From a virus (taxonomy: Duplodnaviria > Heunggongvirae > Uroviricota > Caudoviricetes), in the IMG/VR virus record IMGVR_UViG_3300031992_000020: a stretch of 64,000 nt of DNA, one strand, 5' to 3'. Made by a program: the position numbers and the translations under genes. Positions within the stretch are counted from its first letter, which is position 1. Every line of letters starts with the position of its first letter. The notes under the pieces are model-generated. The model worked only from the letters and a program-made list of their open reading frames with translations. It was not told the origin of the DNA and searched no databases. Shown piece by piece: positions 1 through 11,406 of the stretch.

Positions 1-248
1 TATATATTAAGCGTGGTTATATAACCGCTGCTGAATTTGAAACATATCAAGCTAGATATCAATTATATAAAGATTTAGGCGGAAATGGTCATATGGAACC
101 TTGGAATGCAAAGATAATATCTCTTCCAAATGAACCTCCAAGATCGAATAATATTATATCTTCTGCTACGATAAAACCGCCTGTTACTCATGTATAATAA
201 AAAAATGGGGCGACTCTTAATTGAGTCGCCCCTTATTTTTTTTTACTC

Positions 249-644
249 TTACATAATTTTATTTACATTAACCTGCGCTTCAATCGCATTCTTAATGTAA
301 TTATTTAAATCACCAACTGCGGTGCTGAGATACTTACGAGCTTCTTCACTCAAAGATTTTAGAACAGCATCATAAGTCATCTTAAATGCAATTTGCTGTG
401 CTTCTGCATCAAACTTATCTTGTTCCTTTAAAGAATCAACATAAGTCTGATTGGTTGCAATAACAGTTTGCTGGATCGTATAGTTGAGCATATCAATATA
501 CTTCTTATAAGTATCATTATCAGTTTTCTGCTTGATTTCTTCTGCCTTGATATTCACAAACTGGCAAAAATACTTTACTACAAGAGCAAGCAGTGGAATA
601 ATAACAACCTTAAATAATTCACCAATAATTACTGGCCACTCCAT
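249..644 (-). CDS. hypothetical membrane protein (N-terminal TM helix)
   Basis: ORF track; hydrophobic N-terminus; TAA stop. Confidence 0.45.
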   Translation of the reverse strand: MEWPVIIGELFKVVIIPLLALVVKYFCQFVNIKAEEIKQKTDNDTYKKYIDMLNYTIQQTVIATNQTYVDSLKEQDKFDAEAQQIAFKMTYDAVLKSLSEEARKYLSTAVGDLNNYIKNAIEAQVNVNKIM

Positions 645-1111
645 AGTTTTACTCCCAATTTAATTCATTATTTGCGGATAAGTCGGCCGCATACCCTATA
701 CAAATAGCATCAGCTTCGTCTTGCGTGCAGTTCGCGCCAAATGTTCGTAGAACCCACTATTGAGCAATTTTCTTTTGAGCCTACCGTGTCTTCTCATTTC
801 CTTTTAAGAAATTGCATTTTGCACGCCACTCTGAAGGTGCAATAATTTCACATGGTATATGTAAATTTTGTGCAAGTTCAACTATTGCACCTTGAAGCCA
901 AGCTAATTTCTAAAATGTTGCAATATTATTTTGATTTTGAATATTTTCTATCACTAATTTATCTGGTGCATATTGATCCAATAATGACTCAATCCATAAA
1001 CAAATTTTATGAATCCTCACATGAATATCTGCATCATCTTGTTCATGTTTGCCATACTAAACCAATTTGCCATTTTCCCAGACTGAAAATCCACTGCACT
1101 ATGTTGCTTGA

Positions 1112-1720
1112 TCAAGTGCCAGTAGAACCAAATCCGCCAGTTCTTTCTCCGTTGGCAGCATCATCTGCAACAGTACCATATTGTAAGAACACACCTTGTC
1201 CTATGCAATCGCCTTTCTTGAGAACTACATCAAAAGGAAGAAGATTGATAATCTGGAAATAGATATGTCCTTCATTATCGGGATTATTATAATAATCTGC
1301 ATCAATAATCCCTACACCATTACCAAGAATTAGCCAATGTTTAAGCGGGAGGCTGGACCGCACACTTAGTTGTAGATACCAGTCATTTGGCATTTTTGCT
1401 TTTACTCCTGTTGGTACAAGAGTAATTTTATGATTATATTTCTTTACGAAGGTTGCAGCTGTTTCTAAGTCATATGGTAGACTCTTGATAAAATCATCAA
1501 AAGAACCATAGTAAGTAGAAAGATCTTTCGCAAGTTCATTCGCAAAGTCTGCTTCAATAGAAGAATAGTAACTTGGAATTACTGTGTCTTCTGCTACATA
1601 AAAATCATAACCAGCAGAACATTCTGTTTTACGAACTGGAAGAATAATATCTGGATCGTCTTGATACTTACTTATTTTTTCAAATTTTGCATCAATATTC
1701 ATATCGTACCTGCACACCAC
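1112..1720 (-). CDS. dut: dUTP diphosphatase (trimeric dUTPase family)
   Basis: GIIDADY and C-terminal GGFGSTG motifs typical of dUTPase. Confidence 0.6.
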   Translation of the reverse strand: MVCRYDMNIDAKFEKISKYQDDPDIILPVRKTECSAGYDFYVAEDTVIPSYYSSIEADFANELAKDLSTYYGSFDDFIKSLPYDLETAATFVKKYNHKITLVPTGVKAKMPNDWYLQLSVRSSLPLKHWLILGNGVGIIDADYYNNPDNEGHIYFQIINLLPFDVVLKKGDCIGQGVFLQYGTVADDAANGERTGGFGSTGT

Positions 1721-1922
1721 TTACGGGGTCTTTCTCTGCATTTACAATTTTTTTCACCTTAACGATCTGATATTCTTCTTCGGTCTTTTTATCAAACTTT
1801 GTCGTATACTGAAATGACTGAAGCTCATATTCAGCAGCTTTATTCATTTCATCACGCATTTCAAGTGCTTCATTTACAGTGCTAACTTTGTACCGCTCAG
1901 TTACATCCAATAAATACTTCAT
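1692..1922 (-). CDS. hypothetical protein
   Basis: ORF track, coding-like composition. Confidence 0.35.
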   Translation of the reverse strand: MKYLLDVTERYKVSTVNEALEMRDEMNKAAEYELQSFQYTTKFDKKTEEEYQIVKVKKIVNAEKDPVSGVQVRYEY

Positions 1923-1931
1923 AGTTTCTCC

Positions 1932-2261
1932 TTATTCATATTGCTCAATAGTTAAAGTGTTGTTATTGTACTCAGTAAGTACATATTGCTTAATAGCTGA
2001 CGCAAGGCCCATTGCCGCAGCGTTACAATAAAGATGTTCTACTCCCTCTTGTGCCATAAAACCACAAATAGCTTCAATCATAGTTGTTGCATTTTGAGTA
2101 GAGATTGTTGTTTCTTTTGGCTCTTTACCTTCTTCAACCAATACATAAAGGCTTTCACCAACTGGATTATAATCAAAATATGCCTGTGTCAATAATATAC
2201 AACTCCTTGCCCATATGGGAATAAATAAGCCACAGTTGGTTCTCCGTCCCACATTGCCCAA
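1932..2261 (-). CDS. hypothetical protein
   Basis: ORF track. Confidence 0.35.
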   Translation of the reverse strand: MGNVGRRTNCGLFIPIWARSCILLTQAYFDYNPVGESLYVLVEEGKEPKETTISTQNATTMIEAICGFMAQEGVEHLYCNAAAMGLASAIKQYVLTEYNNNTLTIEQYE

Positions 2262-2680
2262 ATTTCTACTGCTCCATTAGAATCTATATCAATTGCACGA
2301 AGATCATGATCGGCATAATAATTCATAAGAACGTCTTTGACCTCATGAATAAAAGATTCTGCATTCCCGGCGATATCAGTTTCACTAACTTCAAAGATAG
2401 TAAAATAATGATGCTCATGATTCAATAGTGCATAATGCGTTTCTTTTGGATCAAACCATTCAGTAACTTTTTCAAGCGCTTTATTCACATCCATGTTATT
2501 CATCTTTTTAAGACTTTTAACAATATCTTTATTCATTTGATACATTGTTATTTGCGCGATAGGTTGTTTAGCAGCAGGAGTATCTTTAATTTGATTTCTT
2601 AGATATTCCATATATTCAGCTTGTTCCATAAAAACATTATTCTCTTGCTCGGACATTTGGATAGCTCCTTCCTGACTCAT
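2189..2680 (-). CDS. hypothetical protein
   Basis: ORF track. Confidence 0.35.
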   Translation of the reverse strand: MSQEGAIQMSEQENNVFMEQAEYMEYLRNQIKDTPAAKQPIAQITMYQMNKDIVKSLKKMNNMDVNKALEKVTEWFDPKETHYALLNHEHHYFTIFEVSETDIAGNAESFIHEVKDVLMNYYADHDLRAIDIDSNGAVEIWAMWDGEPTVAYLFPYGQGVVYY

Positions 2681-3194
2681 TCTCTATTTTATTATACCAA
2701 ATATTTTTTTCATGGTCAAGAGTCCATATAGATTGATTAGAACTGCCACGATAAGGAAGAGAAATATCGCGCTTATCTTGTTCGAATGGGCCAGCAATAA
2801 TAGTATCAACAGAACGAAGAATTAAATTTAGATGCGGCTGAGTCTTGCCATATTCAATTAATTGATTCATTTCGTATCCAGTCCAGATCCAGATTTTAAT
2901 TTGCGGAAAAGTTTGCCGCACAGTCTTCACAACCATAGCTGTTAAAAACTGATTTTTAGGATTTAAAGGTTCGCCGCCTAATACTGCAAAATTTCTTGTG
3001 ATCCCATTCTTTTTAATTCCTTCAAGAATATGATCCATAGTTTCAGAAGTAAATTCTAAACCACCTTCAAAATCCCAGGTTTCAGGGTTGTGACAACCTG
3101 GACAATGGAAATCACAACCCTGCGTATAAAATGAAAGACATAATCCAGGTGCGGCGGCAGTATCATCGTAAATGATTCCAGCGTAGCGCATCAT
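2637..3194 (-). CDS. nrdG: anaerobic ribonucleotide reductase activating protein (radical SAM)
   Basis: CDFHCPGCHN radical-SAM cysteine motif; directly downstream of nrdD. Confidence 0.8.
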   Translation of the reverse strand: MMRYAGIIYDDTAAAPGLCLSFYTQGCDFHCPGCHNPETWDFEGGLEFTSETMDHILEGIKKNGITRNFAVLGGEPLNPKNQFLTAMVVKTVRQTFPQIKIWIWTGYEMNQLIEYGKTQPHLNLILRSVDTIIAGPFEQDKRDISLPYRGSSNQSIWTLDHEKNIWYNKIENESGRSYPNVRARE

Positions 3195-5440
3195 GATTCC
3201 ATCCTTCCTGTATGTTTAACTCTTTCTTCTGTTTCCTTTTGTTTGCCCCAGTTAAAGGCAGTTTTATAGTTTCCAGTAAGATAACCAGTTACTCTACGTA
3301 ATTGTTGAATATGCTGGCTGCCGCAAACAGGACACTTGTCATTAAATTCTCCGGTATAACCGCATTCAAGACAAGTATCATTCGGAACATTGATTGCGAA
3401 ATAAGGAATATCATGATCCATAGCATAGTTTACAATCTGTTCCATAGCATCGAGATTATTAATAATACCAGTTTCTAATTCAACATATGTGATACAACCT
3501 GCGCTACTATAACCGGTTAATTGAGATTCAATATCAATCTTTTCGAGAACGCCAACCTTTTCCCAAACCGGCACATGAATACTATTAGTGAAATATTCAT
3601 GATCAGACACATGAGGAATTATTCCATATCTATTGCGGAATTTCTTCATAGCTGTATAGCAAAGATTTTCAGCCGGCGTATAATATACACCAAAGTTTAA
3701 TTTATATTGCTGCTTATATTGAGCGCAACGATCTTTGAATAATTGCTCAATTTTTTTTGCGTACATCATGCCTTCTGGATGGCATTGATTGGTTCCTACA
3801 AGAATTTCCAGAGTTTCAGCAAGGCCAAGTTGCCCAATTACAATAGTGCCATGTTTAAGCGCAGAACGGATACCCTCTTCCGGCACATATCCAGCCATTG
3901 TATTATTTTCATACATAAACTGTGCGGAACGTGGATCTTGCTTGCAAATATATTCAAAGCGTTCAATGAGCATGTCTTTTGCTTCTTCGATCTTTTTATC
4001 AAGAATTGCCATAAAAATTTCGAAGAGCTCTTTTGATTCCCCGTCTGCGTCTCCGAGCGGGCCAGCCTCTACGGCATCTTTAGCCATCATCGCAAGAGTA
4101 GGAAGAATGATGGTTACAGGACAGATGTTTCCTCGACCATCTTTAAGCTGTCCCAATCCATTAATGTCAAATCCGTTAGCTGTTCTGCATCCCATTGTGC
4201 TAAAAAATGTCCGTGGATCTTTAGGGTCATATCCTTCATTTCCTGACCAGTCCACATTGGCATAGTTAGGATACAATCTCCTAGCAGTAGATTTGAGGGC
4301 TAATCTGTATAAGTCATAGTTTGGGTCTCCTGGTTCACGGTTGACTCCTTTCATACATTGGAAGATGCCGCAAGGGAAAATCGGTGTGCGATGAAGCTTA
4401 CCAACACCCTTGATAGATCCTTCAAGTAAAGCCTTAATTACCATTCTACCTTCTGGTAGAGTACAAGTTCCATAGTTAATAGAAGTAAATGGAAGTTGAT
4501 TGCCACTACGGGACTGTAATGTATTTAGGTTATGATACATTCCTTCAACAGCTTGCTGAAGTTCGCGTTCAGTCATATCTATTGCATAATTATAACATTT
4601 TTCACCATATGATTTAGCATCTGGCGAATCAATTCCTGGAACCTCATATTTAGGATCATATAATTTTACATCATAGTTATCTTTTCCAATAGTACCTTCT
4701 ATATACATTAAGCCATCACGCATATGCTTCCAGAAACTTTTTCTCACATAAGGTACCATTGTCCAGTCAAGATGGCTAGCGCTAACACCACCGAATTGCT
4801 GCAAACTTTGAAGTTGGAAAATAACAGCAATAAGTTGGAAAGCTGTGTTAATACTGCGCGCAGGTCTAACATCGGTCTGGCGAGTATTAAAGCCCTTAGC
4901 GAGTAAATCATCAAAAGGAATAGTCAAACAGTTATGCATGCCTACTGCATATGCATCAAGATCATGGATATAAATCATATTGTTTTCATGATTCTCTTTT
5001 GATTTCTCGCACATACAATAGTTAAGTGCATATTCTTTCATTATTGCAGAATCAGTCTCACCTTTGCGGCCGCCAAATGAATATTCATCCACATTGGCAT
5101 TTTGATTTTGCACATTTGTTGCTTCAATCTTGTCTTTAAGTCTTAAATAGAAATCATCACGTTGCTCACGAATAACTTCTTTCTTATAACGATAACGTAC
5201 ATACTTGCGTGCAGTCTTAGGATCATACTTCATAAGAAATTCTTCAACTTTATCTTGAATCTCTTCTACTGAAATATCATACGCTTCATTCTCTTCTTCC
5301 ATATATGTAACAATATCTTCTACATATGGCGGGAATGGCTTTTCAGGCGCATAGTCTGGATCCCAGTACGCACGAGCGATGGCTACTCGAATTTTATTAC
5401 CATCGAACTCAACTTTTCGTCCATCTCGTTTTGTAATCAA
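3191..5440 (-). CDS. nrdD: anaerobic ribonucleoside-triphosphate reductase
   Basis: 749 aa; C-terminal zinc ribbon CLECGY..CPVCG and glycyl-radical RVTGY motif. Confidence 0.9.
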   Translation of the reverse strand: MITKRDGRKVEFDGNKIRVAIARAYWDPDYAPEKPFPPYVEDIVTYMEEENEAYDISVEEIQDKVEEFLMKYDPKTARKYVRYRYKKEVIREQRDDFYLRLKDKIEATNVQNQNANVDEYSFGGRKGETDSAIMKEYALNYCMCEKSKENHENNMIYIHDLDAYAVGMHNCLTIPFDDLLAKGFNTRQTDVRPARSINTAFQLIAVIFQLQSLQQFGGVSASHLDWTMVPYVRKSFWKHMRDGLMYIEGTIGKDNYDVKLYDPKYEVPGIDSPDAKSYGEKCYNYAIDMTERELQQAVEGMYHNLNTLQSRSGNQLPFTSINYGTCTLPEGRMVIKALLEGSIKGVGKLHRTPIFPCGIFQCMKGVNREPGDPNYDLYRLALKSTARRLYPNYANVDWSGNEGYDPKDPRTFFSTMGCRTANGFDINGLGQLKDGRGNICPVTIILPTLAMMAKDAVEAGPLGDADGESKELFEIFMAILDKKIEEAKDMLIERFEYICKQDPRSAQFMYENNTMAGYVPEEGIRSALKHGTIVIGQLGLAETLEILVGTNQCHPEGMMYAKKIEQLFKDRCAQYKQQYKLNFGVYYTPAENLCYTAMKKFRNRYGIIPHVSDHEYFTNSIHVPVWEKVGVLEKIDIESQLTGYSSAGCITYVELETGIINNLDAMEQIVNYAMDHDIPYFAINVPNDTCLECGYTGEFNDKCPVCGSQHIQQLRRVTGYLTGNYKTAFNWGKQKETEERVKHTGRMES

Positions 5441-5495
5441 AATTTAACCCTCCTTATAAGGTTGTATAATATATTTGAAATCTGGCCTAAATATA

Positions 5496-6098
5496 TTAAT
5501 CAACCTTGACCTGGGACACATCATGTAGTATATGGTGGAAACAATTTATCATATCTTCATCTTTCTCATTCCACAAAACAGGAATGTCATCATTTTCCAA
5601 CCATTCAAAATCTTCTTCGTCAGCTTGGAACCTACGCACAATTTCATGCACATCTGGATCTTCTTCTCGATTTAAACTGCGTAATAATCTTGTTTTATCT
5701 TTACATTTTATATAATAAGGCAAAAGGATAACATCAGAATCATATTTCACAGTTTCCCGTAAACAATCATACCCTTCTGGATTCCATACCCCGACATTAA
5801 TTCCATCAGTCAATGCATCACGCATAGTTCCATAATGCCACTCATTAAAATAAGTAGCTTCTAACATTTCTCCATTAACTACTTTTTGCGCGAACTCATC
5901 GGGAGAAAGGAAGAAGTAATGTACTCCTTCCTTTTCATAATCCCGTTTCGGTCTAGTCGTACATGAAACAACGTTATGCCATCCTGGCTGACGAGATAGG
6001 AGATAAGCGATACTATCCTTGCCCGCAGCACTTTTCCCCACTAAACAAACAATAATTTTACGCGACATCTTCTTCGCTCTCTCCTTGTGCTCTTTCAC
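5496..6098 (-). CDS. guanylate kinase-like nucleoside monophosphate kinase
   Basis: P-loop GKSAAGKDS and TTRPKR..E..G..YFF guanylate-kinase motif. Confidence 0.55.
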   Translation of the reverse strand: MKEHKERAKKMSRKIIVCLVGKSAAGKDSIAYLLSRQPGWHNVVSCTTRPKRDYEKEGVHYFFLSPDEFAQKVVNGEMLEATYFNEWHYGTMRDALTDGINVGVWNPEGYDCLRETVKYDSDVILLPYYIKCKDKTRLLRSLNREEDPDVHEIVRRFQADEEDFEWLENDDIPVLWNEKDEDMINCFHHILHDVSQVKVD

Positions 6099-9000
6099 TT
6101 CTCAAAACTATGCTACCGTTATCCAGAATGTCATCAATTTTATAAATTTGATGACCAGGAGTTCCGTTGTATTTTTTGCTAACAAATTCAGTGCCACGGC
6201 GCATCCCAGTTACAACCAACAAACTACCACGCTTGAACCAAGAACGTTCAACTATTTGCTTTGTTCCATCTGGTCTACGCTGACTTATCTGTCTATCAAA
6301 CATTGCAAAGAACTCTTTCGTGAACTTAACTGTTACAACACTATTATCCGCAGTCAACAAAGTCACATTTGACTTCATTTTATCTTTCGCAATAACCGTA
6401 CCGCAAATACGATTCAATCTATAAATCGGAATATGCCCACGATATAGGCTCTCTACTATTGGCTCTTCCGGTAACACGTTATAATCACTAATACCATAAC
6501 GTCTTTTATTTACATTCGCAAGTTCATGTTGATGATCATAAAAACACATTACTTCCATTTCCCAACTGGAATAATTACCTGCCGCATATTTATTCCAATC
6601 ATCAACAAAAATCTTTTTATTCAATTGATAAAGCACTTCATCTTGATGGCCTTTCATCCATTCGCGCACTTTATCCATTTCATTCTGATAAATTTTATCC
6701 CAAATCTTTACATTTAATAACAGATTTCCATCTATTGGCACATCATATTTTCCATTTATAAAATTCAACGCTCTATCATCCAATACGAAGAAATCTCCAC
6801 GTTTACACTTGTCTTTCAGATACCTATTGAACTCAAATACCTTACGCTGTTCATTTAATTCATCTGGGATCATATTTCTTTGAATTAAGCCATTCATATT
6901 TTGCAACGTGACTCTCTTCTTACGATCACAAGTTGCATAAATATATGTTGCCATAATTTCTTTTCTTTCACCAAACTTATCAAAAGCTCCTGACTTAATC
7001 AAAGAAATCATTGGCTGTTTATTCAATCTTACTTTATTACAAAAGTCTGTAAAATTAAGATATGGACGATTCTTAATAATTTGCGCGATTACATCTTCAC
7101 CAACATTCAATAGACCTTTCATACCAAACATAATCGCATTTTCTTCAGCATTCGGTGTAAACCCATATTGAGAAATATTAATATCAATCGGCAATACTTT
7201 AATTCCACGACCTTTAATGTCATTAACCGCTTTCGCAATTTTTCCGTAATTTGTCTGTCCTTTTTCATCTGGATCAACAGCACCACTATTGACAATCAAA
7301 CATGCTGAATTCCAATATACCGGACTAAATTGTGTTGCCAATATAATTGTTTGAATACCAACAAAGCTATATGGCAAACTATGATTCAAGCTAAACGCAT
7401 ATCCAAGTTGTGGACGCACTGCGATATCCCAAATATAATCTGCATTCTGTCCAACTGCATCATATACTTTTTGTTTTAATTCTGGAATACGTTTTTGTTG
7501 TTTCTTCGCTACAATCTTACGAGCATCATTCGCATCTTTCAATGAAAACTTCGCAATATCTGGATCCATCAAAATCTGCATCATCTGCTCTTGAATTGCG
7601 CAACAACCATAATATGTATCACAATACTTATGCATCGCCGCAATCATTTTATCTGGCAATCCGCTTCGATGCATTTCAATATCAAATAACTGAATACCAC
7701 CATCACGAATACGAACATATCTATCCTGCTGACTTTCTGTGCCAGGTTCACTCATTAACCGAATCATTGCATTTGCCGCAGTCATTTCAAGAGGGTTGGT
7801 TGCTTTGATCATTTTTGCCATTGCTAATCCAACTCCACTATTGAACTGGAATACATCCAAAACATCACCTGCGGCAAGATGATCCCAAATTACATGATTA
7901 TTTGTATCAATATGCTCCGGATGAAGATATTTATCATATAATTCTCTTAAACTCAAATCTTCGACTTGCTTATCTGCTTTTAAAAGATTTAAACAAGTAA
8001 TAATCTTATCACAAACTTCTGTTACCAAGAAGTCATATTTTGTATCTCCCGCTGCTTCGGCCATATGAAGATCATAACAAGTTGTTAAATCTCCATCTTT
8101 ACCACGCATAATTGCCGCAGTATCATACAATGTTTCTGGATCATATAAAATTGTGCCAGATGCATGAATACCTCTGGACTTAACAATTCCTTCAATATTC
8201 AAAATAATATCTGCCAAGCCTGGATACTTTCCAACCTCAGCCATAACTGCTGGAACCGGACGCTTACCAGCTTCTTCATTTCCTTTTACACAATCTTCAA
8301 AAGTATACAAAATTCCACGAGGCTGAGGAATTAAAGAAGTTATATAGTTAGCTACGTCAACATCAATGCCATCTGGATATTCTTCACTTCTATACCCACG
8401 ACATGCTGTCTGAATTGCACTTCTTGTTGCTTCGGTTCCAAAAGTAACAACCTGAACCAATCCAAGCTCGCCACGTTCTTGTCTGATCTTTTCAAAAATC
8501 AATGGACGAATACTGGATGCCAAGTCAATATCAATATCGGGCAATTCTGCTCTTTCCATATTTAAGAATCTCCAATAAGGCAATCCCCATTTCATAGGAT
8601 CGAGCTGAGTAATGCCCAATAAATAATTACTCAAAAATCCTGTCGCAGATCCACGACCAGGGCCAACAATTGAACCACATTCCCAAAACAAATCAATGTA
8701 ATGTTTAAATGTATTGAAGTAAGCAAACAAACAAGTTCCTAAACGCTCACCAATATGTCTAATTACTTTTGCTTCGGTCTGGATTCTTTCAACATAATCT
8801 TCATGTTCTCCCCAGAATCCAATTTTTTCGTTCAATGCATCCCAAACATCATTAATCCATTGACGTTCTTGCGGCTCAGATGAAGTAAATAAATCACCAA
8901 GTAATTCATATACTCCATCTTTGCTAAAATCATCAGAATATGGATTATTATTGCCCCACCATGCAAATGCTTTTGGAGGGTCAATTTTAACAGTTGGGAT

Positions 9001-9918
9001 TCTTTGATTTTTCAATAGAGAATAATCTTGGATGCTATCTTTCATTATCATTGAACATTTAAACATCCAATCAATCCAATCATCATCAAAAGATGCTCTC
9101 AAATGTTCACGGCACTCATCTTCACTCATTAAATAAGCATATCTATAAAACGCGTCAGTCTCCCGCTCTCCATCCTTTGATTTTAAATATGCCTCATGCG
9201 CGAAACGTAATTCTTTACTTAAATAATGACTATCTGTGCCTGGAATCATTTTCAGATCCCAAAGTTGTGCATAATCCGCCAACATTTTATTTGCAGTTAT
9301 CTGATCTTCATATTCAGCTGGCGCGCACTCAATGTAAAAATCATCTTTTCCAAAAGTATCAATACAGAATTGAAGAAATTCATCAATTTTATTATCATTT
9401 TCTTTATCTTCAATTCCCGCACGAATAGATAAATTCTTCTGCAACAATCTTTTTGATAATTCGCCACCAAGACAAGCTGTGGTTCCAATTACATGACCTT
9501 TATAATCTTTCATTACATTGGCCAATTCACTTTTTAAAGTTGGCACTCTCTCTTGGAACCACTCATATTTATTATACCATGCAATTGAGCTTAAAATTCT
9601 CAGCGCTTTATGTCCTAATTCGTCTTTTGCGATCAAGATAAAATGATAATAAGGCTGACGTTGCTCTCTTGTATCTGTCAGATAAATTTCATTTCCCAGA
9701 GCCACTTTGAAGTCTGGATACTTTTCCTTAATCTCTTGGGCATATTTATTTACTTCAATGTGGCAACATAACGCTTCATGATCTGTAATTGCAATGCCAG
9801 AAAGACCTAATTGAATTGCTCGGTCAATTAGGTCTTTCGGTTTGTTTATAGAGTCAATCAACCGGATGTTGCTATACATGGTGTGGTTATGATCATTGAA
9901 AAAAGCCATGCGTAACAA
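6058..9918 (-). CDS. dnaE: DNA polymerase III alpha subunit (PHP domain plus polymerase core)
   Basis: 1286 aa; N-terminal PHP motifs; GPGRGSATGFL..YLLGIT finger motif. Confidence 0.9.
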   Translation of the reverse strand: MLRMAFFNDHNHTMYSNIRLIDSINKPKDLIDRAIQLGLSGIAITDHEALCCHIEVNKYAQEIKEKYPDFKVALGNEIYLTDTREQRQPYYHFILIAKDELGHKALRILSSIAWYNKYEWFQERVPTLKSELANVMKDYKGHVIGTTACLGGELSKRLLQKNLSIRAGIEDKENDNKIDEFLQFCIDTFGKDDFYIECAPAEYEDQITANKMLADYAQLWDLKMIPGTDSHYLSKELRFAHEAYLKSKDGERETDAFYRYAYLMSEDECREHLRASFDDDWIDWMFKCSMIMKDSIQDYSLLKNQRIPTVKIDPPKAFAWWGNNNPYSDDFSKDGVYELLGDLFTSSEPQERQWINDVWDALNEKIGFWGEHEDYVERIQTEAKVIRHIGERLGTCLFAYFNTFKHYIDLFWECGSIVGPGRGSATGFLSNYLLGITQLDPMKWGLPYWRFLNMERAELPDIDIDLASSIRPLIFEKIRQERGELGLVQVVTFGTEATRSAIQTACRGYRSEEYPDGIDVDVANYITSLIPQPRGILYTFEDCVKGNEEAGKRPVPAVMAEVGKYPGLADIILNIEGIVKSRGIHASGTILYDPETLYDTAAIMRGKDGDLTTCYDLHMAEAAGDTKYDFLVTEVCDKIITCLNLLKADKQVEDLSLRELYDKYLHPEHIDTNNHVIWDHLAAGDVLDVFQFNSGVGLAMAKMIKATNPLEMTAANAMIRLMSEPGTESQQDRYVRIRDGGIQLFDIEMHRSGLPDKMIAAMHKYCDTYYGCCAIQEQMMQILMDPDIAKFSLKDANDARKIVAKKQQKRIPELKQKVYDAVGQNADYIWDIAVRPQLGYAFSLNHSLPYSFVGIQTIILATQFSPVYWNSACLIVNSGAVDPDEKGQTNYGKIAKAVNDIKGRGIKVLPIDINISQYGFTPNAEENAIMFGMKGLLNVGEDVIAQIIKNRPYLNFTDFCNKVRLNKQPMISLIKSGAFDKFGERKEIMATYIYATCDRKKRVTLQNMNGLIQRNMIPDELNEQRKVFEFNRYLKDKCKRGDFFVLDDRALNFINGKYDVPIDGNLLLNVKIWDKIYQNEMDKVREWMKGHQDEVLYQLNKKIFVDDWNKYAAGNYSSWEMEVMCFYDHQHELANVNKRRYGISDYNVLPEEPIVESLYRGHIPIYRLNRICGTVIAKDKMKSNVTLLTADNSVVTVKFTKEFFAMFDRQISQRRPDGTKQIVERSWFKRGSLLVVTGMRRGTEFVSKKYNGTPGHQIYKIDDILDNGSIVLRSERAQGESEEDVA

Positions 9919-9940
9919 TTCCTTTCTTTCATTCTCTATA

Positions 9941-9970
9941 TATTATATCATTTATTTGTGAGTTTTTCAA
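9941..9970 (-). promoter_or_regulatory. sigma70-type promoter TTGAAA-17-TATAAT
   Basis: reverse complement reads TTGAAAAACTCACAAATAAATGATATAAT; upstream of dnaE. Confidence 0.6.
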
Positions 9971-11157
9971 ATATGGAAATTTTTTACGATAATTAATTTC
10001 TGTGCCGCACGTGTTGCAGCAGTATATAACCAACGTATGTGGTCTTCTCGGCTCTCGCCTTTAAGGTATTCTTCAAGAACAATAACTTTATTAAATTCAC
10101 TACCTTGTGATTTATGACAAGTTATTGCATATCCATAGTCAAACTCATGCGGATGAAACATCTTTGGAATTTTCTTCCAATTACTATTATATCCTCTTGT
10201 AATTGTTGTTTCACCCTCAGTTAACAATTTATAATCAATTTCGATGCCAGTAAAAGAACCAGCCCCATCATAGTCAGGAGTAAAATCAATAATCGGTGTG
10301 CGTTTCATATATGGGTTCATTTCTTTGGGATCTTCTGCATATCGAATATAAGTCATATGTCCGGTTAATCCATTAACCATTGCATCACCAGAAGAACTTA
10401 CAATATCCCAATCGTTGCGTAGACAAATTAATTTATCACCAACAATAGGTTCTTGCTGATATTTTTCTTTCCATATACCTTCGCGCATTCGACTATTAAT
10501 TATTCTACGAGTATCGTTCTTGCCGCAAATGATTTGATCTCCCCAATATAGAAAACCTGGTTTTAAAAGTTCTGTTCTATCAACTACTTTTACTTCTTGG
10601 CCAGAACGATATTCTAATGTTTTGCCATTACGAATATCCATTGTTAATTGAATAATTTCGCTTTCAGTGGCTTGCCGCATAACTTCATCAAGAAAAATAT
10701 GAGGATGTTCTAATACTCCATTGTTTTCTGCGGCAACTGGCGGTAACTGACCTGGATCACCAAGAGCAATAACATGGACACCATAAAAAAGAAGCTGATC
10801 CCACATTCGTTTAGGCAGCATAGAAATTTCATCGACTACAACTAGTTTATATGGAGCTAAACTTTCAACAGGAATATGAATGAATGTTCCATCGTCTCTT
10901 GGACGAGAATTATATAATAACTTATGTGCTGTCATTGCATTATGACAGCCTTTTGTTCGCAAAACTTGAGCAGCTTTACCTGTGTAGGCGATATATGTTA
11001 CAAAATGCGGATCTATATCAAGTGCGGCAATGATGAATCGTATTAGAGTCGACTTGCCAACTCCAGCAAATCCCGCTATGACTGTATAAGGTTCGTGGTT
11101 GTTATATCGTTCGATCGCTATCTTCAATCCCTGCTCCTGTTTCGCTGTCAGTATCAT
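9967..11157 (-). CDS. ATP-dependent DNA helicase (PIF1/RecD-like)
   Basis: Walker A GFAGVGKST; DEISML motif. Confidence 0.65.
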   Translation of the reverse strand: MILTAKQEQGLKIAIERYNNHEPYTVIAGFAGVGKSTLIRFIIAALDIDPHFVTYIAYTGKAAQVLRTKGCHNAMTAHKLLYNSRPRDDGTFIHIPVESLAPYKLVVVDEISMLPKRMWDQLLFYGVHVIALGDPGQLPPVAAENNGVLEHPHIFLDEVMRQATESEIIQLTMDIRNGKTLEYRSGQEVKVVDRTELLKPGFLYWGDQIICGKNDTRRIINSRMREGIWKEKYQQEPIVGDKLICLRNDWDIVSSSGDAMVNGLTGHMTYIRYAEDPKEMNPYMKRTPIIDFTPDYDGAGSFTGIEIDYKLLTEGETTITRGYNSNWKKIPKMFHPHEFDYGYAITCHKSQGSEFNKVIVLEEYLKGESREDHIRWLYTAATRAAQKLIIVKNFHI

Positions 11158-11377
11158 CTTTTTTCTCCAATAAATACGTAATCATATCTTTAATATCAGT
11201 TAACTGCTCTTTTGAGATTTCATTCAGCTGAAAAATATTCGGCATAAACACAAGACCATAATCGCATTTAAACTTCTTTAATGTTTCGCTAAAACTGTCG
11301 TATATATCTTTTAAAAGCTGAACATCAATTTCCCAAAGTGGATACTGTACTAAAAAGAACTTTTTCTCATTTTCCAT
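11102..11377 (-). CDS. hypothetical protein
   Basis: ORF track. Confidence 0.35.
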   Translation of the reverse strand: MENEKKFFLVQYPLWEIDVQLLKDIYDSFSETLKKFKCDYGLVFMPNIFQLNEISKEQLTDIKDMITYLLEKKDDTDSETGAGIEDSDRTI

Positions 11378-11406
11378 AATTATTATACCATATCCTTTTT
11401 ACTTTG

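Noticed and set aside
5441-5495. Consensus promoter upstream of nrdD
   Set aside because: Only weak -35/-10 matches were found (TTGATT with poor spacing). nrdD is probably co-transcribed from an upstream promoter.
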